A stretch of 64,000 nt of DNA, taken from the NCBI GenBank assembly GCA_012441205.1, contig GCA_012441205.1_4705.1. The stretch is one strand, 5' to 3'. Under the pieces are notes generated by a model, which was not told the DNA's origin, ran no database searches, and saw only the letters and a list, made by a program, of their open reading frames with translations. How positions within the stretch are numbered: position 1 is the first letter of the stretch; each line of letters opens with the position of its first letter. Source of the stretch: a phage. Below are positions 50,437 through 59,800 of this stretch, piece by piece. Both the position numbers and the translations under genes were made by a program.

Positions 50437-50897
50437 TACTCAAACTCCTTATTCCAAAACTCGATTAATGAATCGAGCTGTTCCTTACTGGTTATCTCAC
50501 CTCCCCTAACAAAATGAAATCGTTCTTGAATGGCGATCTTTTCAAGGATATCGGTAAGCAAATGACGGTGACAGAAATTTCCTGCAGGACAATAACACCC
50601 TAACACCACAACCGGATGGGAGAATAAAGCCAACCATTCCGGTGTATGATCAACAAAGCTTTTGCGCATAAGCGCGTAGTAGCCTATGGTATATTCATCC
50701 TCGGTTAACGTTTTTGATTTGATTCCTGTAACAAGTTCCCATGAAGGTGCGAAGAGTGGGTTACCTGTTTTCACCGTCGTGTCCAGTAGAAACGCTCGTG
50801 TGTCTGAAAGCCAACGATATTTGGCTAATTGAAGGGTGTATAAAAACACAGCGCTAACCCCAAAGGATAAAAAATAAAACCTTGACATAACCACCAC
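50436..50897 (-). CDS. hypothetical protein with CYCPAGNFCHRH motif (DUF488-like)
   Basis: 153-aa ORF; motif resemblance only. Confidence 0.4.
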   Translation of the reverse strand: MVVMSRFYFLSFGVSAVFLYTLQLAKYRWLSDTRAFLLDTTVKTGNPLFAPSWELVTGIKSKTLTEDEYTIGYYALMRKSFVDHTPEWLALFSHPVVVLGCYCPAGNFCHRHLLTDILEKIAIQERFHFVRGGEITSKEQLDSLIEFWNKEFE

Positions 50898-50953
50898 CGC
50901 AACCCCATACAGGGCTACGGTGGGGTCATACAGAGAGACGTGTTAAGTTACAA

Positions 50954-51433
50954 TCAGTCTTTCAGCAGCTCAGCTGCATACGCACTGATGTTGTCGCGAA
51001 TATGCTTAACCTGAGTTGTTGGGAAAGATTTCTTATACGCGGTGGTCAGGCGTCCGTAAACCTGTTTCTTCTCGTTAGAGCCGAAACCAACTTCAGCGCT
51101 ACGTTGAACCGTTGCGGACACAACGTCTTTGCCCAGCGGCAGGGTTACAGAAACAACGTCAACCTGCTTGTTATCCGCCATGAACTGCGCGCCAACGCGA
51201 CCTACCGCCAGACCATGAGCCAGACCGATATCGGTGGTCAGTTTCTGTGCTTTTTCCAGGATTTCTTTTTCTTCCGGCGTTACCAGAGTACCCAGGAAAT
51301 CACTGCCTAACTTCTGGCTACCAGATTCGTCCAGTTTAATACCAGCGGCGATTTTATCAGAAAGAGCCTGAACTTCCGGACGTACGTTAGAAGTGGTTTC
51401 AGTCGCTACGGTGGTTTCTACAGCTTCAGACAT
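50954..51433 (-). CDS. hypothetical protein downstream of a TATATTACC element
   Basis: 159-aa ORF, high-expression codon style. Confidence 0.5.
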   Translation of the reverse strand: MSEAVETTVATETTSNVRPEVQALSDKIAAGIKLDESGSQKLGSDFLGTLVTPEEKEILEKAQKLTTDIGLAHGLAVGRVGAQFMADNKQVDVVSVTLPLGKDVVSATVQRSAEVGFGSNEKKQVYGRLTTAYKKSFPTTQVKHIRDNISAYAAELLKD

Positions 51434-51556
51434 GTTAATACTCCAATTAGTTTTTTCGATCGATCAAAAGGATAAAATCAGAAGATTCTTTCTTCATAGG
51501 GAAAACACAAGTCGGTTAAGGTTTACTTCTTAAACTCCTTGCGTTCTATCAGTTAG

Positions 51557-51590
51557 GTAATATAGACCTCAACTTTTTTCCAATAATGCT
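51557..51590 (-). promoter_or_regulatory. candidate early promoter (TATATTACC element)
   Basis: plus-strand ttaggtaatatagacctcaacttttttccaataat; about 125 nt upstream of the start at 51433. Confidence 0.45.
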
Positions 51591-52369
51591 GCAACGTTCC
51601 GCGCGAAACGAATTACCTTGTAATTGCGGGTCTGTTTGATATCTTCTTCCCCATCACTGTCACCTTCAGACGGATCTTCCCACATGAAGTCTTGTTCGTC
51701 CGCTTTCTGTAAGTAGCGGTATAACTGCACCATGCTGCGTGCGGTCGGAGAGATAGCGCGAAGCTCATCCAATTCTTCATCCGTGAGCAGAACATGCGGT
51801 GAACGCAGTGGTTCCATTGTTGTATTACACAACAGACGAATCAGCAGATCGACGCACGGAATAACCGAACCTGGTGAGGCGATTTCTGGGTGTAATGTAT
51901 AACCCCAATATACGGTGTTAAAATACGTCAAAACAGCAGGTAGTGACGGATGTTCCATCGCACGGCCAATTTGCTGTCTTACGATAGATGCACGATCGTT
52001 CAATACATCGAAAGTAATCTGCTGCGGTTCCATAACCGCAAGTGAAATACCGTATGCGTCAGCCACACCCAGGATTTCATGAAGGGCCGAACGTTCTTCT
52101 TCGGTGGATATTGTCCCGATTGCCTTACGCCCTGCAAGGTCAATCAGCATCGGTGAAACAGCTTCTTTAACCGCATTAAAAGAAGCCTGGTAAGCGTGTT
52201 TGTGAATATACAGTGTCCACGCTAATGCGCGCTCAGCCGCATGAAGCAGATCGACATAAGACAGTTCTTGATGGCATGGGCCATACACACTCACAGCAAG
52301 CTTGGTGGCTTTCTCAGAGGCTTGCATAATAACATCTGGTGATTTAGGCATATCGCGTTCTTCTTGCAT
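51569..52369 (-). CDS. hypothetical protein
   Basis: 266-aa ORF. Confidence 0.5.
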   Translation of the reverse strand: MQEERDMPKSPDVIMQASEKATKLAVSVYGPCHQELSYVDLLHAAERALAWTLYIHKHAYQASFNAVKEAVSPMLIDLAGRKAIGTISTEEERSALHEILGVADAYGISLAVMEPQQITFDVLNDRASIVRQQIGRAMEHPSLPAVLTYFNTVYWGYTLHPEIASPGSVIPCVDLLIRLLCNTTMEPLRSPHVLLTDEELDELRAISPTARSMVQLYRYLQKADEQDFMWEDPSEGDSDGEEDIKQTRNYKVIRFARNVAALLEKS

Positions 52370-52471
52370 CTTTTAAATTCCTACTTAACAATAAAGTTCA
52401 TATACGGCGTATGTATCCGTAGAATAATGGGTTCTGGTAAGATCTTACATCAAAATGACGGCATAAAAAGT

Positions 52472-52499
52472 ACCTCCTTACCCACATGGGTAAGGAGGT
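52472..52499 (-). terminator. hairpin acctccttaccc/gggtaaggaggt
   Basis: 12-bp stem, 4-nt loop. Confidence 0.5.
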
Positions 52500-52651
52500 T
52501 CGTCCATCACGACGAAAGGACGTTATGTGACGCGGTGTCCATAACGGCCCTGGTAGCAGGCATCAAAGATAACAAAAAGGATGTAAGTTGAGCTAAACCA
52601 CCTAAATACGGTAACGATTACTTCCGTACACAATATAACGCAACATCTTTT

Positions 52652-53461
52652 TTACCAATGATTAAAGCTGCCCGCTTTAACGACATCACAACGTAGGTGG
52701 TTACGTAACTGATCCAGGAAGACAACCGGACTGTCGCCAGACAACATAGCCAGCGCGTGTTGGCCACCGGAACGAACAACAAGCTCATCGACCATTGGTG
52801 CTGTAATCGGGAGATCATACGCATCCATGATTGCTTTGGCTTCCTGTTCTACGTCTTTCTGGAACCCTTCCATCGTCGGAGAGTCATATTTGGTTGCAAA
52901 CTCGATCCCAGGCAAGTTAACGTAATCGTAAGTCATGACACGGGTCATAACACGACGGCGCTCACGTTGCCAGATCTGAGGATCGGTTAACGCGCGAACC
53001 GAAAAACACACGTTCACCAACGGCGTTTCAAAATCTTTACGTAATGGATCACCGTACGGCCCGCAAGGAATAACATCCCCCATCACCATCACGACAGGAC
53101 GACCACGACGATCGCGTCCCGCTTCTTCTAACCAAATCTTAGAAAAGCAATGGCTTACCTTCGTTTCTTCGATTCGTAACGCTCGCTGCAAAAAGCTGGT
53201 TGCATCCTGACCGATCTCTGGTTTAGGGTGACCGTATTCACCTTTCAACGAACGATTGCGTGCGTTTGTTTGCAGTAAGCTGTTTTCCAGAAACAGCGGT
53301 TTCGAACGCTCAAGTTCGTAATATTCTTCGGTATTGTTAAAACAGTTAAATCCGCCGATAACACAGGTGTAGGCACCGTCAGCATTAGGACGGATAATAC
53401 CTTTCTTATTCACACCAAGATAACTGGTGCAAACAAGATTACTAATTGGTGGTTGCATCAT
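52652..53461 (-). CDS. hypothetical protein
   Basis: 269-aa ORF. Confidence 0.5.
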   Translation of the reverse strand: MMQPPISNLVCTSYLGVNKKGIIRPNADGAYTCVIGGFNCFNNTEEYYELERSKPLFLENSLLQTNARNRSLKGEYGHPKPEIGQDATSFLQRALRIEETKVSHCFSKIWLEEAGRDRRGRPVVMVMGDVIPCGPYGDPLRKDFETPLVNVCFSVRALTDPQIWQRERRRVMTRVMTYDYVNLPGIEFATKYDSPTMEGFQKDVEQEAKAIMDAYDLPITAPMVDELVVRSGGQHALAMLSGDSPVVFLDQLRNHLRCDVVKAGSFNHW

Positions 53462-53539
53462 AACCCCTTTATAAGCAACTGAATGAAAAAAGCGTTACAT
53501 TCCCGCTTTTACGTCAGAAGGTGACGCGTAAGCGTTATA

Positions 53540-54271
53540 TCACCATTCATACGATCCGGCGCACTGATGCCCCAACAGTACCAACGCGTCGTCTTTGGCA
53601 GCTAGGTATTTCTCTAACGTTATCCGTGAAACAGACACATTAGAGAAATCCATCACACCTAAGCGATGATCGTAATGGTTAATTTGCATCCGGTAATAAC
53701 CTTTCTTTACCACCAGAAACTCGCCTTGACGCAACCATAGCGGAACGTTATCAACCTCCGCATGGATATAAAACACCGGACATTCTGTCGTAACGGAGTT
53801 TTCCTTCCCATCGCTATCTGTAATCTTCCCTTTGGGAACAGCCGCGATAAAACATTCTCCGATACGCTCGGTTTGATACCCGTTTGGATAGCGCGGATCG
53901 TGAAATAACCAGTGCTCATCGCTAATATCAACATCGGATAATAACGTACGATGTGGACGTAAGGCGATATCAAACGGAACACGATAAATAACGTACCCGC
54001 CTAACCAATGGGCTAAGTGACCGCCAGAAAAATACTGCTTGATTGCGGTACTGTAACCGTATATACAACCCATCAAACTGCTGGACACACAGATCCTTGG
54101 AAACGACCCGTCTTCCATACGCAAGGTACGTTGAGGGATACGTGGCATCATCGTTTTCAGTTCGGTATCGGTGCTAATATGCAATAAACCGAAAGGAAGC
54201 GTTTTGCTCGGCACCCACACACAACGTTCCATAATCGCTCTTGGGACAATAGTCTCGATAGACGATAACAT
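53540..54271 (-). CDS. hypothetical protein
   Basis: 243-aa ORF in a tightly coupled operon. Confidence 0.5.
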   Translation of the reverse strand: MLSSIETIVPRAIMERCVWVPSKTLPFGLLHISTDTELKTMMPRIPQRTLRMEDGSFPRICVSSSLMGCIYGYSTAIKQYFSGGHLAHWLGGYVIYRVPFDIALRPHRTLLSDVDISDEHWLFHDPRYPNGYQTERIGECFIAAVPKGKITDSDGKENSVTTECPVFYIHAEVDNVPLWLRQGEFLVVKKGYYRMQINHYDHRLGVMDFSNVSVSRITLEKYLAAKDDALVLLGHQCAGSYEW

Positions 54272-54272
54272 A

Positions 54273-54983
54273 TCACCCCCTCAGAATCGCTTCTGTTTCG
54301 CTGATCGTATCCGCAGGATAAACCAAACTACTATCGATTGCGTTATTCACGTAACCACCCATTAAGTTGGTGATGGTGTTTGTACCACTATCGATAATGT
54401 TTCGTAATCCGATATCGATGGCTTTTAACGTGCTGCGTTCCTCATCCGAAAGCAAACGCCATGCTCGACGACGATCGTTGGGGTCACGTGTGGTGATAGA
54501 AGCCAGAACAGAATAGATGCTGCTATCCGCATTCAGTTTAACGCCTGCCAATTTCGCTGACGTGTAGAGCAGCTGATATTTTTCTTTCTCAGTGTACCAC
54601 CATGGCACTTTACCGAGCGTATAGATCTCGTTATACATCAGCCATGGGAAAGAGTTTCGCATCACGACATCGGTTGACACCAACACCGTGTCACCGGGAA
54701 GAAACACAAACTCATAAAACGGCTGGCCATCCATGGTAATTTCACGGATGTCAGACGGGTCGATATGGAGCTGGGTCAATGCGTGGCTGACACCATACTG
54801 ACCATCGGGAAGAATAATCGGGCAGCACGCACAAACCCGGTTCTCACTCCCGATGATAGATAAACCCAATCCCTCGTAACGGACGGGTGTCAGAATCGAA
54901 CACCCGCCACGAGTAACAACAGATTTATCTTCTTGTATGTCCCAGTCCGCAAGCACCGCAGCACCGTTGCGGACAAGCGCCAT
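54273..54983 (-). CDS. hypothetical protein
   Basis: 236-aa ORF. Confidence 0.5.
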   Translation of the reverse strand: MALVRNGAAVLADWDIQEDKSVVTRGGCSILTPVRYEGLGLSIIGSENRVCACCPIILPDGQYGVSHALTQLHIDPSDIREITMDGQPFYEFVFLPGDTVLVSTDVVMRNSFPWLMYNEIYTLGKVPWWYTEKEKYQLLYTSAKLAGVKLNADSSIYSVLASITTRDPNDRRRAWRLLSDEERSTLKAIDIGLRNIIDSGTNTITNLMGGYVNNAIDSSLVYPADTISETEAILRG

Positions 54984-56507
54984 TTACACCTCGCTAATCT
55001 GGATAACGTAAAGCTGCTGGGCCACGTAATCGGTGGTCAGATGCATCGTTGCGATGGTCGCTGCTTCGAACACCGTGAGTTCAGGACGTTCACGCATAAT
55101 CAAATCGATCTCATCGATGAGACGGTTAACGCCTTGAGCGTCTTCGTGATGCATGGTTTTCACGTACAGCGTACGGAAATACTGCTGGAAGTTAGCTACG
55201 TCGGTATCGGTAAGGGTAGCAACTTCACCACGTACGATTTCCATAACCTTCTTACGGGTATCTTCATCGAGGTCCACTGTAATCAGGTCAGCAAATACGC
55301 CCTGCAATGCCAACGCGTATGCACGTAAGCGGTTTGCGGCCTGCTGACTGGCTTTCATGTTGATGTAGTTACGGTAATGCTGCATGAAGCCTGCACCGTT
55401 AGCCAACAGCTCATCTTTACTGATGAGTTCACGTTCTAACAGGACAGCTGCGGTCAGTGCTTCCGGCGAACCACCTTCTTGCAGATAACCCATGTAGACA
55501 TCTGCGTTAACGAAAATCGTCATCGTTGACGCATCTTCAGCACGTTGAATCTGAGAAGCCGACGGTGCAGAAAGAATCAGCTCACCACGCTCCATACGCA
55601 GGATACGATCACGACCGACGCGGGCCATCCCGTTGATCGCCGCAGCGCGAGCTTGTTGCATTTTAGCGCGGTAGTTTTCAAGCATCATGTCGTTGCCGTC
55701 CTGGATATCTTCCAGCAGGTTAACGGCCCACATATAGCAGAGGAATGCAGGAGTTGCCGCAGCGCGGGAACCGTGGAATGCAACGTTATCGCTATCCGGA
55801 TATGTAATCAGATAAGCGGTGTTGTTCGAAGAAGGAGCGGAACCACGGAAGAAATAGTTGTAGATGTCTTCCAGTGCCTGATCGCTCATCCCTTCCGTTG
55901 CTTGCTGTACAAAACGATCCAGGTTTTCATTACCGGTATACAGCAACGTACGCAGCTTATCACCGGTGATAAACGCAAGCTTTCCGGTTGGAGTGAAATC
56001 GTTATTAATCGAAATCAAGCCATTGAGGTCATAATCGCTAACTAAGGCCTGGTACTCTTCGGAGTTATAAAACTCAGGATAGTAACTCAGACTTACTGTC
56101 GGGATCAGTTTCGGTGCCAGGATGATCGAATCGATGCGTTTTTCCAGTTCCGGGTACAGCGCACGGCATTTCGGCAGGATGGTATTACGCGCCAACTCTT
56201 TGGCATACACCACTTTTTCCACCACGTCTTGAACTGCGGTCTGTAAAACTTCATCGTGGATATAAACCTCGCGTTCGCTGGCAGGTGCTACAACGCCATC
56301 TTCGGTTTCATCAAGTGTTTCAGCAACAACCATACGTTCAGCACTAAGCTGCACCAACGCATCCGCGTCTTCCGGCGGCTGGTTCCAGTGCATGGTTTCA
56401 CAAACCGCGGCTAACGGCGTGCCCGGAATGGCTGCGACGATTTGGTTACGTTTGATAAACCCTTCGACAATAGGCTCAACAGCATAAACGGTTTTATTGG
56501 TGATCAT
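54984..56507 (-). CDS. hypothetical protein
   Basis: 507-aa ORF. Confidence 0.5.
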   Translation of the reverse strand: MITNKTVYAVEPIVEGFIKRNQIVAAIPGTPLAAVCETMHWNQPPEDADALVQLSAERMVVAETLDETEDGVVAPASEREVYIHDEVLQTAVQDVVEKVVYAKELARNTILPKCRALYPELEKRIDSIILAPKLIPTVSLSYYPEFYNSEEYQALVSDYDLNGLISINNDFTPTGKLAFITGDKLRTLLYTGNENLDRFVQQATEGMSDQALEDIYNYFFRGSAPSSNNTAYLITYPDSDNVAFHGSRAAATPAFLCYMWAVNLLEDIQDGNDMMLENYRAKMQQARAAAINGMARVGRDRILRMERGELILSAPSASQIQRAEDASTMTIFVNADVYMGYLQEGGSPEALTAAVLLERELISKDELLANGAGFMQHYRNYINMKASQQAANRLRAYALALQGVFADLITVDLDEDTRKKVMEIVRGEVATLTDTDVANFQQYFRTLYVKTMHHEDAQGVNRLIDEIDLIMRERPELTVFEAATIATMHLTTDYVAQQLYVIQISEV

Positions 56508-56740
56508 TACTGCGCTCCCTCCAACGCATTACTACCTACGGGTTCTTTGGTTTCCAGACGGCTGTTTAAGCGCGCAGCAACCGCATCTTCCAATCCCAAC
56601 GGCATAACCTTTTTGTTCACGTCAGGATCGGCGGCATCATTACCAACGGTTTGACGTACGACCTCAGCAACCAACGTTACCGCGTTCGTCAGCGCAACAA
56701 AGCTCGCTGCCCGAGCCGTGTTAAGTTGTTCTTGGTTCAT
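56507..56740 (-). CDS. hypothetical small protein
   Basis: 77-aa ORF, first gene of the operon, downstream of a 20-bp palindrome. Confidence 0.4.
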   Translation of the reverse strand: MNQEQLNTARAASFVALTNAVTLVAEVVRQTVGNDAADPDVNKKVMPLGLEDAVAARLNSRLETKEPVGSNALEGAQ

Positions 56741-56771
56741 TCACTTTTCCTTTTAATGTCAGAGCATCGCA

Positions 56772-56791
56772 TTCTTGACGTACGTCAAGAA
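56772..56791. promoter_or_regulatory. 20-bp perfect palindrome TTCTTGACGTACGTCAAGAA
   Basis: exact inverted repeat between a terminator and the first gene of the 53.5-56.7 kb operon. Confidence 0.4.
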
Positions 56792-56815
56792 GGTACTGCG
56801 TTCAGCGAAATAAAC

Positions 56816-56841
56816 GAGCAGGGGCATGAAGCCCCCTGCTC
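56816..56841 (-). terminator. hairpin after the beta-N-like gene
   Basis: 10-bp stem gagcaggggc/gccccctgctc followed by GUUUAUUUCG. Confidence 0.5.
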
Positions 56842-59800
56842 TTATTTGGCGTCGTTAAAATAAATATCAACAGCTCGTTCCGTTGCGTAGAGGAGACCAA
56901 GATTCACAGTCCCAACCACTTCCGGTGAACCGATGATACGGTTAGCGATACTGGTGCCACTGAAGATAGCATCAAGGGTGTGCCCGTCTTCGGTTTTGTT
57001 CACACCATGACCCACGGAAGAGACAACGGATTTCGCTTGAGCTGCGAAGGTACCTTTATCGCCCATCCCCGCACCAAGGTCGTAACGCATGAAAATACGG
57101 ATTGCGATCTGGTTCTCGCCTAACGGATTACCGTCTATTCTCACGTTACTGTTATTGATACGCCCCGTAGTTGCTTCGTTGAGTTTCAGTTCCTTAACGC
57201 GTTTAGCTCGCGCTTTATCTGCATCACCGACGAGCGCCGCCATGGTTTCACTCATATCCTCAATCTGAGCGCGGTACAGCACATCGATCTGTACAACTTC
57301 ACCATGAACGTCAGCACGTGGGTTATACTGACTCATACGACGTAATGCTTCAACGGCTTCCTGACTCTCATCACTCAGATCGGTCGCAATCGGTTCTTCC
57401 AGTGTTGCAAGGATCGTTCGTGGTTCAACATGATCGCCGATTTTCACGAGACCACGAATGTTGAGATGGGCGTCAACGATGAGCGTACGGCTCTTAATCG
57501 ATGGTGTTACGAGACGATCGGCAAGATTGTCGAAGATATACGAACTGTCCTCGTGAGTCTCTGGAATATCCAGAATACCGACAAGAGACAGAACACCTGC
57601 GCGCCAAACAACCTGACCTGGGTTCCACCAATCGCGTTTAAAATAAAGACGATGGAAGACCACCACATCCTGATCCTTAACGCGATCCCCGACTTTATAA
57701 TCGGTAATGAGATCGTGAGGATAATACTTACCTGGTCCTTTCCCGATTATCGTACCGAGCTGGAAAACCTCTTCCCCTAACTCTGGATCGTCGTATTGTA
57801 TCGTCAGCGCAGTTTTGGTGACCTTCTTAACAACACCGTCACCTTGGGCGGCAGCTGCAAAGAGTTTACCAACACGATGCGCGATGACAGTCTCACCGCC
57901 GGTGCGCCACGGTTGTACATCGTAACCCTCAGCGGCAATCATGCGGTTGTGTTGGATCCCGACGAAGACCAGACGTTTTCCATCATCACGGTCTACAGCC
58001 GGAACAGCTAACGCTGACGTACTCATTACCGATGAGATGCCGTCTGTCTTTTCATCGAATGGTCGTGTTTCACCATACACCGACACGATATTAGCATTAG
58101 GTGCAAGGTAAGCAGAGATACCCACATCCCCACTATCTTTCGTACCCTCTGACACAATACCAACATCGGACTTGTCGTATTCACGATCACGTGCGCGTCG
58201 AAGCGATGTCTTTGAACGACCCCCGATACCGGTCATCGTTGCTTCTTCACCCTGCTTGATATCCAGCATCGGGTTGGTTTCATCGATCACGATGGACGCG
58301 CTGTCGTCGAGAATTTGGTTCCAGACACTTACCGGACTGATTGAGATTTTCTGGCGGTTTCCTTGACTGCTGTTCTCATTCTGACGAATAGCGCCAACCA
58401 GATCCTTATACACCAATTCAGCGAACTTATCGTACGTTTTAAAACGTTGGTAGTTCACATCGTTCGTGTTAGGTGCCCAATCATCCAGAAGCAGTTCAAC
58501 AGCACGCAGTAACAACATGGCGAAATCGGTAGGTTCTCCCATGTTCTGTAGCAACGTACGGCTTACCGGATCAACGAAAAGACGCTCCATGAGTTCAAGT
58601 TCGCGTAAATGGCGAACCTTAAGTCCGGCACCATCGACAACGTTAAAATAGATATCTCGATTGTCGAAAGCACCGCGAGCGTAACCGATGTAGTTACGGT
58701 ACTCGTTAAATCCGCCCAGCAACAACGTCGTCATGCGATCGTCTTTACTGAAGATCAAACTTTCGTCATCAAAGCTCACCGCGAATTCATCGGGTGCTAG
58801 ACCCATACGAGAACCGCGAGGTACCGTACGATAGTTCGCTTTAAGATGTTCTAATAACGGGGTAAGTCCACCCAGATAACTTAGAACAACACCAACCGGA
58901 ATACGTACACCCATGAATTCAAGATCGGCGGCTTCGATCGGCATCTTAGCCGCATTGATACCGAAGAAATCAGGGAACGTCCCTACAGGTGTTGGTGTTT
59001 GTCCTGACTGACAGATATAGAGCTGATTGCGTTTATCGATTGCTAAGAATTCACCCAGCGTGTTACGCGCAAACGTCAGGAGCCCTTCGGCTAACTGTTC
59101 GTTGAACCGATCTTCCCCGATGAACTCCGGTAGCGTTTTTATATCGAGACGTATATCCCAATCAGCAAATTGGATTTGGGTATAGTTGCGTGCAAGCACA
59201 GCGAAGTAATACGGGACTTTGACGGCCGGATCAAAGACGTTACCACGTTTTAACGTGGTTAAGGGTGAGGACTTATCGTAATACATCGCTGTAAGTTGGC
59301 GTGTTAACCAACGACCGGCGTTATTAACGACACGCTCTGAACGTTTAACAAACACCTTACCGTAGGCGGTACTCAACGCAACTTCGGATGATGATACCTT
59401 TCTAATAGGTTTATCAACACGTTGTTTACGCATCCGGTATTTGATGCCGTTAACGACATAAATGCCGTCCTTACGAACCTTCGGCAACATCACCGGGAAC
59501 GTGGTTGGGACACCGCCTACAGGGGCCAGTTTAATCGTGATGACTTGATAATCCCCCATCACGTCAACAACATCTTCAACTTTATATCCCGTGACAGGGT
59601 AACCTGCCTGTTGTACGGCAACAACAGCGGCTGCGATGTCCTTTTGCATCACGTGTTCAACGTAATGTTTATCCCACACCGCAAGCGTCGATTTACATAG
59701 GCTCTTATCGACGATAACATCCGCTTCCGGCATAACCTTTGCTGGCGCTAATTTCGCGGCTTTTGGTTTAACTTCAACATACTCAGCAAGTGTTAATCCA

